64,000 nt of DNA, from assembly GCA_963758635.1 (NCBI GenBank), contig CAVWWD010000008.1:800001-864000 (forward strand), written 5' to 3'. Under the pieces are notes generated by a model. It did not search any database. It was not told where the DNA came from and was given only the letters and a program-made list of their open reading frames with translations. The translations under genes and the position numbers were made by a program. This DNA is from an uncultured Candidatus Rokubacteria bacterium. GTDB lineage: Bacteria > Methylomirabilota > Methylomirabilia > Rokubacteriales > CSP1-6. Within the stretch, counting starts at the first letter, position 1. Each line of letters opens with the position of its first letter. Shown here one piece after another: positions 40,396 to 51,462 of this stretch.

Positions 40396-41339
40396 ATGGC
40401 CGTCGGCCCCGCGTCGATCGCCCGGCCCGCACCCGCCGCGGGCCGGGCGGGCTCGCTGCGGGGAATGTGGTCGAGCGCGAGGGCGTCTTCAGCTGGCTCA
40501 TGCTGGCGCCCGGCGTCCTCTTTCTCCTCGCGTTCGTCGCGTACCCGTTCTTCTACGGTATCTACCTGAGCCTGCAGCACCGGCCGGTGGCCCAGCCCGG
40601 CGTGTTCGTGGGGCTGGCCAACTTCGTCTCGCTCTTGCACGAGAGCGGTGTTCTGGCAGGTCACGCGGAACACCCTCCTCTACGTCTCCGTCACGACGGT
40701 GCTCAAGCTCCTCGGCGGGACTCGCGATGGCCTTGATCGTGAACCAGAGCTTCCGGGGGCGCGGCATCGTGCGGGCGTTCCTGCTCCTGCCGATTCATCG
40801 TGCCCACCGTGCTACAGCACCATCGCGTGGATGTGGATCTTCGACCCCACGTTCAGCGTGCTGAACTGGGTGCTGGTGAACACGGGGGCGGTGAGCACGG
40901 GCTTCTCGTGGCTCGGCAACGCCACCCTCGCCATGGTGTCGATCATCGTGGTGAACACCTGGCGCGGCATCGCCGTTCTACGGCATCACCCTGCTTGCCG
41001 GGCTCCAGACCATCTCGCCCGATCTCTACGAGGCGGCGGCCATCGACGGGGCGAGCATCGCCCAGCGCTTCTGGTTCGTCGACGCTGCCGATCCTCAAGC
41101 CGATCCTGATCATCGTGACCATGTTCTCGGTGATCTTCACCTTCGCGGACTTCCAGATCGTCTACGCGCTGACCCATGGCGGGCCGGCCAACGCCACCCA
41201 GGTCCTCGTGACCTACGCGTTCGACCTCGGCATGTCCGGTGGCCAGCTCGGGATGGGCGCGGCGGCGGCGCTGGCCATGCTGCCCGCCCTCGTGCTCGTG
41301 ATCATCGGGCTCACGCTCTACCTGCGGCGGGACGGATGA
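40396..41339 (+). CDS. Sugar ABC permease, MalF-like (multiple frameshifts)
   Basis: FVGLANF, LYEAAAIDGA, DFQIVYALTHGGP. Confidence 0.82.
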
Positions 41340-41355
41340 TGCGGGGCCGGGCCTG

Positions 41356-42204
41356 ATGGTCGGCGCGCGCGGGTTCGCCGGCCGCGTCCTCCGGCTCTAC
41401 CTGCCGCTCCTGGTGTGCCTGGTGGTGACGCTCTTTCCGTTCTACTGGATGCTCGTCACGTCGATCAAGCCGAACCGCGAGCTGTACAACGCCCGCGTGA
41501 TGCCGCTCATCGTCCACCAGCCGACGCTGAAGCACTACTACGACCTGCTCTCGAGAGACGAACTTCCTCACGTGGACGTACAACACGATGCTGGTGGCCG
41601 TGGTCACCACCGCGATCTCGCTCGTGCTGGGCACGATGATGGCGTACCCGCTGGCCCGCATGCGCTTCCCGGGGGCCGGCGGTGGTGGCCATCGGGGTGG
41701 CCGCCACCTACCTCGTGCCGCAACCACTGCTCTTCATCCCCATGGCCGACATCATCAACAAGCTGGAGCTGGGCAACACGCTGACCGCGGTCATGCTCAC
41801 GTACCCCACGCTGTTGATCCCGTTCTGCGCGTGGCTGCTCATGGGCTACTTCAAGAGCGTGCCGCGGGAGCTGGAGGAGGCGGCGCGGATCGACGGGGCG
41901 AGCCGGTTTCAGGCCATGATCCGCGTGGTGCTGCCCCTCTGCACGCCCGGGCTCCTGTCCGCGGGGATCTTCGCCTTCACGCTGGCGCAGAACGAGTTCC
42001 TCTACGCTTTGATCTTCCTGGCCAAGAGCGAGGTGCGGACGGTGCCGGTGGGCGCCATCACCGAGCTGATCCGCGGCGACGTGTTCTACTGGGGCCAGCT
42101 CATGGCCGCCGCGCTCCTCGGCTCGGTGCCCTGTGGCCATCATCTACTCGTTCTTCGTGGACTACTACGTGGCCGGCCTCACCGCGGGCTCGGTCAAGAG
42201 CTGA
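41356..42204 (+). CDS. Sugar ABC permease, MalG-like (multiple frameshifts)
   Basis: FPFYWML.TS.K, ELEEAARIDGA, NEFLYAL, GLTAGSVKS*. Confidence 0.85.
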
Positions 42205-42950
42205 GCAGCGCCGCCCTCCGCCCTCGCGGGGTCTGCGGCGGCCAGCCGCTCGTCGTAGAAGTCGGCCAGCCCGGTGAGCAGCGGCGCCGCCGCGCCCGAG
42301 AACGACGATCCGTGCATCACGGCGAGCGCGCGCGGCGCGAGGGCGGCGAGCCGGCGGATGGTCGCTCCGGTGGCCGGCGTGAGGGCGGTGTAGCCGAACG
42401 CCTTTTCCGCCTCGATGGCCGGGCCCACGATGTCGCCCGTGGCGAGGGCGGGCGGGTCGCCCGCGTGGGTGAAGAGGTCGCTCGTGAACAGCGTGCCGGT
42501 GGTCTCCTCGTGGAGCAGCCCCGCGTCCCAGCAGTGCGGCACGTGGGGCGTGTCCAGCCGCCGCACGCGGCGGCCGCCGAGGTCCAGCACCTCGCCGTCG
42601 GCGAGCGCGCGCGGCGGCCGCGGCGCCTGGTCGTTCAGCCAGATCGCGCACCCGATCTGCCCGTGGGTCACGGTGGCGGCGGGCGCGGCGGCCAGCCACT
42701 CTCCGAGCGCGCCGCACTCGTCGGCCTCGATGTGGCTGAAGGCGATCCAGCGCAGGCGCGCGGGGTCCATCACGCGGGTCAGGGCCCGGGAGACCGCGGG
42801 GAAGAGCGAGCGCTGGCCGCAGTGGAACAGCAGCGGCTCCTCGGCGTCGATCAGGAACTGGTTGAACGTCAGCCCGCGCGGGCCCACCGCGGGCAGGAAC
42901 GTGGACAGGCGGTAGATCCGCTCGCCGATCTCGTCGACCTTCGTTTCCAT
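42165..42950 (-). CDS. MBL-fold di-iron protein (FprA N-terminal/ODP-like, no flavodoxin domain)
   Basis: FNQFLI, SHIEADECG, TPHVPHCWD, LFTSDLF. Confidence 0.85.
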   Translation of the reverse strand: METKVDEIGERIYRLSTFLPAVGPRGLTFNQFLIDAEEPLLFHCGQRSLFPAVSRALTRVMDPARLRWIAFSHIEADECGALGEWLAAAPAATVTHGQIGCAIWLNDQAPRPPRALADGEVLDLGGRRVRRLDTPHVPHCWDAGLLHEETTGTLFTSDLFTHAGDPPALATGDIVGPAIEAEKAFGYTALTPATGATIRRLAALAPRALAVMHGSSFSGAAAPLLTGLADFYDERLAAADPARAEGGAAQLLTEPAVRPAT

Positions 42951-42955
42951 TGATC

Positions 42956-43312
42956 CTAGGCGGGGGGCAGAGGCACGAAGATCGAGACGCGGGCCTCGGG
43001 GCCCACCTCGCGCGTGGCGTGTCCCTGGCCGGTCAGGTCCTCGGCGATGAGGATGTCGCCCGGGCCGAGGCGCTTGACCGTCCCGTCACCGATCTCGATG
43101 TCCACGGCGCCCTCGAGCGTGAAGACGGCGTAGCGGCCGGGCGCGTGGTGCCACGGGTTCGAGCGCGTGGGCTCGAAGCGGCGGATGACGATGCCGCTGC
43201 CGGGGATCAGCTCGGCGGTCGCCGACTGGTCGCCCCGCGACTGCCAGGTGGGCTGGATCTCCTCGAAGTGGGACTGTCCGTCACTGCCCGCGTAGACCCG
43301 GATGATCGCCAT
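42956..43312 (-). CDS. Cupin-like protein
   Basis: DGQSHFEE, WHHAP, GPGDILIAEDLTGQGH. Confidence 0.85.
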   Translation of the reverse strand: MAIIRVYAGSDGQSHFEEIQPTWQSRGDQSATAELIPGSGIVIRRFEPTRSNPWHHAPGRYAVFTLEGAVDIEIGDGTVKRLGPGDILIAEDLTGQGHATREVGPEARVSIFVPLPPA

Positions 43313-43414
43313 GGCCGCTCGGGTCAGGCGCCGCGGGTCTTCGCGGATCGGGTCGGGATCACGCTCGTCATGCGCATCGTCCTCCTCGCTCGGGCTCCAT
43401 CTCGTGCCGCGAGC

Positions 43415-43443
43415 ATCGTAGCCACGGGCGGCGCCGGCGTCAA
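43415..43443 (-). promoter_or_regulatory. sigma70-type promoter TTGACG-N17-TACGAT
   Basis: Near-consensus hexamers with 17-nt spacer. Confidence 0.6.
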
Positions 43444-43477
43444 CACGAAGGGCGCGCCCGCGCGTGGCGTAGGCGAC

Positions 43478-45393
43478 TCAGACGGCGTCGGCGGCGGCGC
43501 GCATGCCGTCGATCTGGCCGGAGAGGCCGAACACGCGGAGGCGGTCGCCGGTCCGGAGCATCGCCTCGGGCGGAGGGTTCATCACGACGGTGCCGTCGGT
43601 CCGGCGGATGGCGACGACGGTGACCCCGAAGCGCTCGCGGATCTGGGCATGGCGCAGCGACCGATCACGAGGCCGGCGCCCGTCAGGGTGAACTCGCGCA
43701 CCTCGGGGAGCCCGCCCTCCGCCGGCGCCGCGTGGTCCGGCGCCTCCATGGCCCCGCGGAAGCGGTCGAGGTACGCGCTCGTCGAGTCGTCGGGCAGCCG
43801 CATCGCGCGGAGGGCGTGCCGCACCACGGTGGCCGCCACCTCCATCTCGGGCTGGACCACCACCGTCGCGCCTCCAAGCCGCAGGGCGTCGGCGTCGGCC
43901 ACGTCGTGGCCGCGCGCGATCAGGGTGGCCGTCGCGTTCATCGACCGGGCGGCGCGCGCGGCCGCGCCGGCCTCGGACAGGGCCACGACGACCAGCGCGG
44001 CGTGCTCCGCGCCCGCCGCGCGCAGCACCGTGGGCTGGCCGGCGTCGCCGAAGATGCACGCGATGCCGCGGGCCCGGAGCGCCCGCGACGACGTTGGGGT
44101 TGCGATCCACCACGGTGTAGGGCAGGGCGAACGTGTCGAGCGCCTCGCCCACCGCGCTGCCCACGCGGCCGAACCCGCAGAGCACCACCCGGCCGTCATG
44201 GGACGCTGGCCCTGGCGCCGCCGGCGCGGCCTGCCGGCGCGCGAGCCACCACGGGACCAGCCTGACCAGCGTGGCGTTGACGAGGATGGTGAGGAGCGAC
44301 GCGGCCAGGGTCGCGTTGTAGACGTCCTCGCCCACGTGCCCGGCGGCCCGCGCGACCTGGACCAGGATGAAGGAGAACTCGCCGATCTGCGTGAGGCCGA
44401 CCCCGACCAGGAGCGCCGTGGAGAGGGGATAGCCGAACACGCGGACCACCGCGGTCCTGATCACGAGCTTGCCCGCCACGACCAGCGCCACGATCACGAG
44501 CAGGAGCGGCACGTGGGCGAAGACGGAGGCGGGATCGATCAGGCAGCCGATGGTGACGAAGAAGACGGCGACGAGAATGTCGCGCACGGGCAGAAGCCGG
44601 GCGAGGGCCTCGTGGGCGTAGTCGGAGTTGCTGATGACGAGCCCGGCCAGGAACGCGCCGAGCGCCACCGAGAGGCCGACCTCGTGGGTGAGCGCGGCGG
44701 TGCCGAGCCCGATGGCGAGCGCCACCATGAGGAGCAGCTCGTCGTTGCCCGTGCGCGCGACCCGCAGCAGGAGCGGCGGCACCACCTTCCACGCGAGGTA
44801 CGCGAACGGGGCGAGGATGGCGAGGCCCTTGGCCAGCGCGGCCGCCACGGCGAGGAGCCGGCCGGGCTCGAGCGCCCCCAGCGCGGGCAGGACCACGGTC
44901 AGCACCACCACGGCCAGATCCTCGACCAGCGAGATCCCGATCATCACGCGGCCGTGGGGCGAGTGCAGCTCGCCGCGGTCGATGAGGAGCCGCGCCAGCA
45001 CCATCGTGCTCGCCACCGACACGACGAGGCCGATGACGAGCCCCTGCAGGGGCGGCCAGCCGAGGAGCGCGCCCACGCCCACGCCGAGCCCCGCGAGAGC
45101 ACGATCCCGAGCGGGCCGCCGAGGAGCGCCACCCACTTCACGCGCAGGAGGTCGGACAGCGAGAACTCGATGCCGATGGAGAACATGAGCAGCACGACGC
45201 CGATCTCGGCCACCACCTCGAAGGTGTGGACGTCGGACAGCGCCGGCCCCGGAGTGAACGGACCGATCACGATGCCGCCCGCGACGTAGCCGAGGATCAG
45301 GGGCTGGCGCGCCAGCCACGCCACCGCGCCGCCGATGACGGCGGCGAGGAAGACGTAGGCGAGGTCGCGGAAGATGACGGTGTCGGGCACCAT
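43478..45393 (-). CDS. CPA2 cation:proton antiporter with TrkA-N/TrkA-C domains (Kef/YbaL-like; frameshifts)
   Basis: ILGYVAGG..IGP, AEIGVVLLMFSIG.EFS, LGAFLAG, QIGEFSF, CGFGRVG, FGVTVVAIRR. Confidence 0.88.
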
Positions 45394-45416
45394 GGCGGTC
45401 GGTTCTCTCGGCTCGA

Positions 45417-45839
45417 TCAGTCGAGCCGACTCTTCCCCCTCCCCCCCCCAGAGACCGGTCGTCTCGTCCTCGGGGGCCACGCCCAGGTCACGGCCGAGCG
45501 CGTCGGCGCAGGCGCGGTACTGGCGAAGCGCCGCGTTCCGGCGGCCCGCGCGCGCGTGCAGGCGCATGAGCAGCCGGTGCACGTCCTCGCGGAGCGGGTC
45601 GAGGGCGAGCAGGCGCATGGCCAGCGCGCGCGATGTTCCGCCGTCGCCCCGGCCGCCGCGTGGACGGCCACGAGCCGGTCGAGAACGTTGAGCGCCCCGG
45701 AGGCGAGCAGCGCGCGCGCCTTGCGCCGGCGGATGCGCAGCGGGCGCCCGTCGCCGAGCCGCGCGCGGAAGGGGCCCAGGAGCGTAAGGGAGAGCGGCCT
45801 CGTGGTCGCCCTCCGGAGAGTGACGGCCTGCGGCGGCAT
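45417..45839 (-). pseudogene. Internally deleted, truncated SARP/BTAD regulator remnant
   Basis: LSLTLLGPF..RKARALLA joined directly to BTAD end RLLALDPLREDVHRLLM..GRRNAALRQY..LGVAPEDET. Confidence 0.72.
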
Positions 45840-45975
45840 GAGTGGCCGCACTATATCACCCGCCGGCGGCGGCCACGCCCAACCCGGGCGGTGACGATCC
45901 GGTGACGGCATCCACGCTATACGCGGGATGGTGCATGCGTTCGGCACCGGATCCCTACGCGTGGAGGAGGACCAC

Positions 45976-47629
45976 ATGAGCGCAACCAGCGGGCTCACCC
46001 GACGCGCGGTCCTGGCCGCGGGGGCCGCCGCGGCCGTCGCCGCCGTGCTGCCGGCCGCCGCCCAGACGCCGCGCCGTGGCGGCGCCTTCCGGATCAGCCT
46101 CGGCGATCCTCCGCACTTCGATCCTCACCTGACCGTGCAGTGGGGAACGCTGATCGCGCTGTCCTTCACGCACAGCCGCCTCCTCAAGCACAAGGCGGGA
46201 CCGGGTGTCGCCCCCGGGACGTTTCCCATCGAGGGGACCTCGCCGAGTCCTGGTCGCAGACCAGCGACACGACCTACGTGTTCAAGCTCCGCCGTGGCGT
46301 CCGCTGGCACGCCAGGCCGCCGGTGAACGGCCGGGAGCCTCACCGCGGAGGACGTGAAGTACTCGTTCGACCGGTACCTCGGCCCCACCACCAACAACCC
46401 CAACCGCGCCATGCTCGAGGACGTGGAGAAGGTCGAGGCGCTGGACCGCTACACGGTCCGATTCACGCTCCGGACGCCGTACGCGTGGTTCTACGACGCC
46501 GTCGCCTCCACCACGGCGTGGATCGTGGCCCGGGAGGCGGTCGAGCAGCACGGCGACCTCAAGCGGGCGGAGGCGTGCATCGGCACCGGACCATGGATGC
46601 TCGATCGCTACGAGCCGAACGTGCGCCTGTCGTGGGTGCGCCACCCCGACTACTTCGCGCCCGGGCTCCCGTACGCCGACGCGGTGGAAGCCTCGATGGG
46701 GCTGGATCCCGCGTCGGCCCTGGCCCGCTGGCTCGGCGGCCAGTTCGACTTCGCCCCTGGCCTCGGGATGGTGGTCCGGCGGCAGGACCTCGACAACGTG
46801 AAGCGGCGGAAGCCGAACCTCCAGACGGCCGAGTTCCAGTGGATGGTCGGCGCGTTCGCGGCGATGAAGCTCGACCAGGAGCCGTTCCGTGACGTGCGCG
46901 TGCGCCGCGCGCTGGCGCTGGCCACGAGCTACAAGGAGATCCTCGCCGCCAGCCCGCTCGCGCTGGGGCAGGGGGGGCCCGAACACGGTGGTGCCCGCCG
47001 CGCTGACGGAGTGGGCGATCCCGCACGACCAGCTCTCGCGGGAGGGCCAGCGGCTGTACGAGCACGAGCCGGCGGCGGCGGCGCGCCTGCTCGCGGAGGC
47101 CGGGCATCCCACCGGCATCAAGGTGCCGTTCGAGACCGGGAACTCCGGGCCCGACTGGATGGATGGCGTCCAGATCTACCTGCGAGCGTGGAAGTCGGCC
47201 GGGATCGAGGCCGACCTCAAGGTCAAGGAGATGGGCGCCTTCGTGTCGAGCGCGATGCTCGGACGGTTCGAGCGGCTCATGCTCGGCATCCGCGGGGGCC
47301 AGCTCTTCCCCGACCCTTACCTCGGCTCGATGCACCTCCCGGGGCAGCGGCCGAACTCGTCGGGTGTCAACGACCCGAAGCTCACCGAGATGATCCGGCT
47401 CCAGCGCCGCACGTTCGACCCTGCTCGCCGCCGGGACATCGTCTGGGACATCCAACGCTACCTGGCGGAGCAGGTCTACTACGTGTACGGCCCGTCGGCG
47501 CGCGTGGTCGCGGCGTGGGAGTCGTACGTGCGGAACTTCGCGCCCAACCTTGGCAACGACTACGGAGGCCGCCTGATGGCGGCGTGGCTGGATACAGTGC
47601 GAGGTGAGCCCGATAGCAGTGCGAGGTGA
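45976..47629 (+). CDS. Family-5 ABC substrate-binding protein, Tat-type signal (frameshifts)
   Basis: LTRRAVL, DPPHFDPH, FKLRRGVRWH, IGTGPW, PFRDVRVRRAL. Confidence 0.85.
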
Positions 47630-47660
47630 GCCCGATGGCAGTGCGAGGTGAGCCCGATAG
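47595..47660 (+). repeat. Tandem repeat, 3 x 22 bp CAGTGCGAGGTGAGCCCGAT(A/G)G
   Basis: Contiguous units at 47595, 47617, 47639. Confidence 0.92.
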
Positions 47661-48000
47661 GGCGAGCCGAGCGTATATGGGAATGCAGTAGAAGCAACCG
47701 CCGCGCCCCTCGAACGGCTGCAGCGCCGCGTGGCAGGGGAACGGTTCTCGGCGACGAGGCGACCTGCTCGTTCGCGCTCGATCCCGCCAGGCCAGCTTCC
47801 CGGCCCCGGCGGCAGCGGCAACGTCAACGTGTCCACCGGCGGCGGGATGCAGCGTGGTCGGCGTCGAGCAGCGTTCCGTGTCTCAGCTTCACGGACGGCG
47901 CAATCGTGAGGGGATGGGGACGGATGCCCTGCAGGCGGTGCCCGCGCCCGATCTCGCTCGGGCGCGGGCCGGGCCTAGCACATCGTCCTGAGCCGGGCGA

Positions 48001-48873
48001 TCAGGCGTCGCGAGGCTCTTTCCGGATGAAGCGGCCGCTGCGCAGCTCGTCCAGCGTCTGCTCGATCTCCGCCCGCGTGTTCATCACGAATGGCCCGTAG
48101 CGGGCCACCGGCTCGTGGAGCGGCCGCGCGGCGGCGAGGAGAAAACGCCCTCCGCCGTCGCCCGCCTCGGCCTCCACCACCTCGCCGTCGCCGAAGACCA
48201 CCAGCGCGGGGGCGCGCACCGGCGTCCGGGCGGGGCCGAGGCGCACCTCGCCGTGGTCCACGTAGGCGAACGCGGTGTGGCCGCGGGGAACCGCCTCGCG
48301 GAAGCTCGCGCCCGCGGGCAGGGTCACGTCGACGAACTTCGGGGCGACGGCGAGCCCCTCCACCGGCCCCGTGAGCCGGCCGCCCGCCGCCTCGCCGGCG
48401 ATCACCCGGATCGACGCGCCCTCGTCGGTCTGGACCTCCGCGAGCGCGCCGGCCGACAGCTCGCGATACTGCGGCCGGCTCATCTTCTCCCTCGCGGGCA
48501 GGTTGAGCCAGAGCTGCAGGCCGCCGATCCCCTCCGGGCGGACCTGCGGCATCTCCTCGTGCAGGATGCCGCTGCCCGAGGTCATCCACTGGATGTCGCC
48601 GGCGCCGATCGTCCCGCGGTGCCCCAGCGAATCGCCGTGACGGATCTGGCCCTTCCGGACGACCGTCACCGTCTCGATCCCCCGGTGCGGATGGTAGGGG
48701 AAGCCCGCCTCGTAGTCGGCGGGGTCGACGGACTCGAAGTGGTCGAGGAGCAGGAACGGATCCAGGTAGTCGAGGCCCCGGGTGCCGAGGCTCCGCCGGA
48801 GATGGACGCCCGCGCCCTCGACGACGGGCTCCGGGGTGATGACACGCGCCACCGAGCGCGAAGAGTCGTTCAT
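48001..48873 (-). CDS. Pirin family protein
   Basis: DPFLLLDH, HPHRGIETVT, WMTSGSGILHEE, QLWLNLP, YGPFVMNT. Confidence 0.95.
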   Translation of the reverse strand: MNDSSRSVARVITPEPVVEGAGVHLRRSLGTRGLDYLDPFLLLDHFESVDPADYEAGFPYHPHRGIETVTVVRKGQIRHGDSLGHRGTIGAGDIQWMTSGSGILHEEMPQVRPEGIGGLQLWLNLPAREKMSRPQYRELSAGALAEVQTDEGASIRVIAGEAAGGRLTGPVEGLAVAPKFVDVTLPAGASFREAVPRGHTAFAYVDHGEVRLGPARTPVRAPALVVFGDGEVVEAEAGDGGGRFLLAAARPLHEPVARYGPFVMNTRAEIEQTLDELRSGRFIRKEPRDA

Positions 48874-49039
48874 GGTGTGCCCTCCCTTGTCGATGCGGTT
48901 GGGATGGCCGGACGGGCGGGATCGATGCCGGGCGCCCCGTGGCCGCCCCGGGCTAGCCCTCCGTCGGTCACAGGAGGATCTGTGGGGGGGCGCGGGGCCG
49001 AGCGGTATCTGCGCGGACGCCGGACGAACGCCGCCGCGG

Positions 49040-49997
49040 TCAGGCCGACGGCGCGGCCAGGTACCACTGGTTGTCGAAGGGATCCCGCACCGCGGCGCGC
49101 CGCTCCCCGTAGGGCTGGAGCGCCGGCGACTCCATGGACGTGGCGCCGGCGGCCAGCGCGCGCTGGTACGCGGCGTCCACGTCGTCCACGTAGGCGTAGA
49201 ACATGGTGGGCATGGGGCCCCACTCGCCGTGCGCCTCGCCCATCTCGATCACCGAGGCGCCCAGGCGCACGACGCCGTGGGCCAGCCGGCCGTCCGCGTC
49301 GTGGTGGATCGCCACCTCCTCGGCGGCGAAGGCGGCCTTCATGAACTCGATGAATCGGGCCGCCCCGCGCGGGTGGAGGAACGGGGTCACCGTGCCGAGG
49401 CCCTCGGGCACGTGGCCCGCCGGCCTGGTGCGTGGCGATGTACCAGTGGTTGCCCGCCACATCCTTCACACCGGCCTCGCGGTCGCCGTACGGCTGATCG
49501 ACGGGCGCGTACATCGACTCCGCCCCGGCGTCGAGCGCGGCCTGGTAGACGCGGTCCGCGTCGGGCACGTAGAGGTGGAGCCCGGTCGGCGCGGGCTGGC
49601 CGCCCCACGCGCCGCCGCCGCCGATCATCAGGAGCGAGTCGCCGATCCTCACCTCGGCGTGGAGCCCGCCGGCCGAGCCCGTGGTGCGCAGGAGCTCCTC
49701 GGCGCCGAACGCCCGCTTCAGGAACTCCACGAGCTCGGCGGCGGGGCGGACGGGCAGGTACGGGATCACGCTCTGGATGCCGGGTCGCGCGACACGGGTG
49801 GTCGTGGTCATGGCTCTCCTCGTGAGCTCCGCCGCGAGCCGCGTCCGGAAGGACGCGCGCGGCAGGGCGCGCAGGTCGTTGGCAACGTCGAGCAGCTCCG
49901 CAAGCTCGGGGTCGCCGGGCGGCAACGGAGGGCGCGGGGCGGCGAGGAGCGCCTCCAGCGCGTCGGCCAGACGATCGATCCGGGCCTCGTCGCTCAT
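49040..49997 (-). CDS. Double-VOC (PhnB-like) protein with 62-aa N-terminal putative anti-sigma extension (frameshift near 49420)
   Basis: Two repeats of PYL/PFL..F..AF.AEE..H..VR.G.S..YGDR/YGER..D..NxWY; ATGA overlap with ECF sigma stop. Confidence 0.8.
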
Positions 49998-50545
49998 GCA
50001 GTGGCCTTCCCGCGGGCCTTCAGGCTCTGGAGCGCGCGGAACTGGAGCTGCTTCACGGCGCCCTCGGTCCGCCCGAGCGCCTCGGCGATCTCGCGCACGC
50101 TCCGGCCCTCGACGAACCGCTCCAGCACGACGCGCTGCTGGTCTTGCGGCAGGGCGCCGACGAGCTGGGCGAGGACCGCCCTGCGGTCGGCCTCGGCGGC
50201 GCTGTCGTCGGCGGGCTCGGGGGCGGGCTCGCCGCGCTCGCGCGCGACGCGCTGCCAGCGGTCGGCGAGGGCGTTCCGGGCGATCTGCATCAGCCAGGCC
50301 GCGAAGGGGATGCCCCGCCACTCGAACCGGCCCAGGTGGGCGAGGGCATGGTGGAACACCTCGGCGGTCAGGTCCTCGGCCGCCTCCCGGCCGCCGGCGC
50401 GGCGGGCGACGTAGGCGTAGACGCGGTCGAAGTTCCGCTCGTAGAGCTCCCCGAACCGGCGGGGGTCGGCCTTCGCGGCCTCGATCAGGACGCGCTCGTC
50501 GTCGCCGCCCAACGGGGTCTCCGCTGCCGATGCCTGGGGGGCCAT
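49994..50545 (-). CDS. ECF RNA polymerase sigma factor
   Basis: FGELYER, AEDLTAEVF, FAAWLMQIARN, EIAEALGRTEGAVKQLQFRAL. Confidence 0.93.
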   Translation of the reverse strand: MAPQASAAETPLGGDDERVLIEAAKADPRRFGELYERNFDRVYAYVARRAGGREAAEDLTAEVFHHALAHLGRFEWRGIPFAAWLMQIARNALADRWQRVARERGEPAPEPADDSAAEADRRAVLAQLVGALPQDQQRVVLERFVEGRSVREIAEALGRTEGAVKQLQFRALQSLKARGKATA

Positions 50546-50622
50546 GGACTCACTTCCGATAACGGCCGAAGCCGGGCGAACGTCACGCGGGCGGCATGGT
50601 ACAAGATGAGGCTCGGATCGAC

Positions 50623-51429
50623 GTGATCACCATCGCGCGGAAGCTCCGCACCGCGGCCGCGCGCCCTGCCCAGGCGGGGCGCGGCCGGCGCCTCCTTGGG
50701 GCCGCGGCGCTGGTGACGCTGGCCGCCCTGGCGGCTGGGTGGCTGCGCGTCCACCGGCGGCTCGACTCCGCGGGGGCCGCTCATGAAGCGGTTGCTCGCC
50801 TCGACCGTCCAGCTGCGTGCCGAGCGCGAGGGCGGGGTCCGGCGGGCCGGCTCGGGCGTGGTGGTGGCCTCTGACCCGGCGACCATGCGGAGCTGGGTGG
50901 TCACGGCTGGGCCACCTGGTGGAGCCGGCCGCGCCCCAGGAGATCACCTGCGCGGTGTCCGGCCGCTCGGGCCGCACGCGGGCCAAGCTCCTCGCCTCGA
51001 GCCCCGACCCGGACCTGGCCCTGCTGCTCATCGAGGGCACGACGCTGCCGCCGGTCCGCCTGCGCCCCGAGGTCTCGCTCGGCGACGAGGTCTGGGTGGT
51101 CGCGTACCCGTGGGGGCGGGGAGTGACGGTCGGTAGCGGGGTGGTGAGCCAGATCGCGGCGGCGGACGGAGACATCGCGGTGGCCGGCGCGCCCCGCATG
51201 GTGGACGTGTCCGTGTCGTACGGCTCGAGCGGCGGAGGGCGTGTTCGACGCTCAGACCGGCGACCTCGTCGCGCTGGTCGAGGCCTACCGGACCGCCCGG
51301 ATCGCGCTGCCGCGCGATCCGGGCGCCAGCGTGCAGGTGCCGGTGGCCGGCGAGACAACGGTCATCCCTGCGGCGACGATCGTCCGGTTCCTCGCCGACA
51401 GGGGCCTGGGGCCTCTCCTGCCTCGGTAG
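50623..51429 (+). CDS. Trypsin-like serine protease, probable lipoprotein (frameshifts)
   Basis: GSGVVV, VVTAGH across a frameshift, DLALL, GSSGGG(V)F; AAG-C lipobox after frameshift correction. Confidence 0.75.
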
Positions 51430-51462
51430 GCCGAGGCCAGGCCCGCGCCGGCCCCGTAAACG

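Noticed and set aside
47595..47660. Possible mini CRISPR array
   Set aside because: Units are contiguous with no spacers and no cas genes are present.
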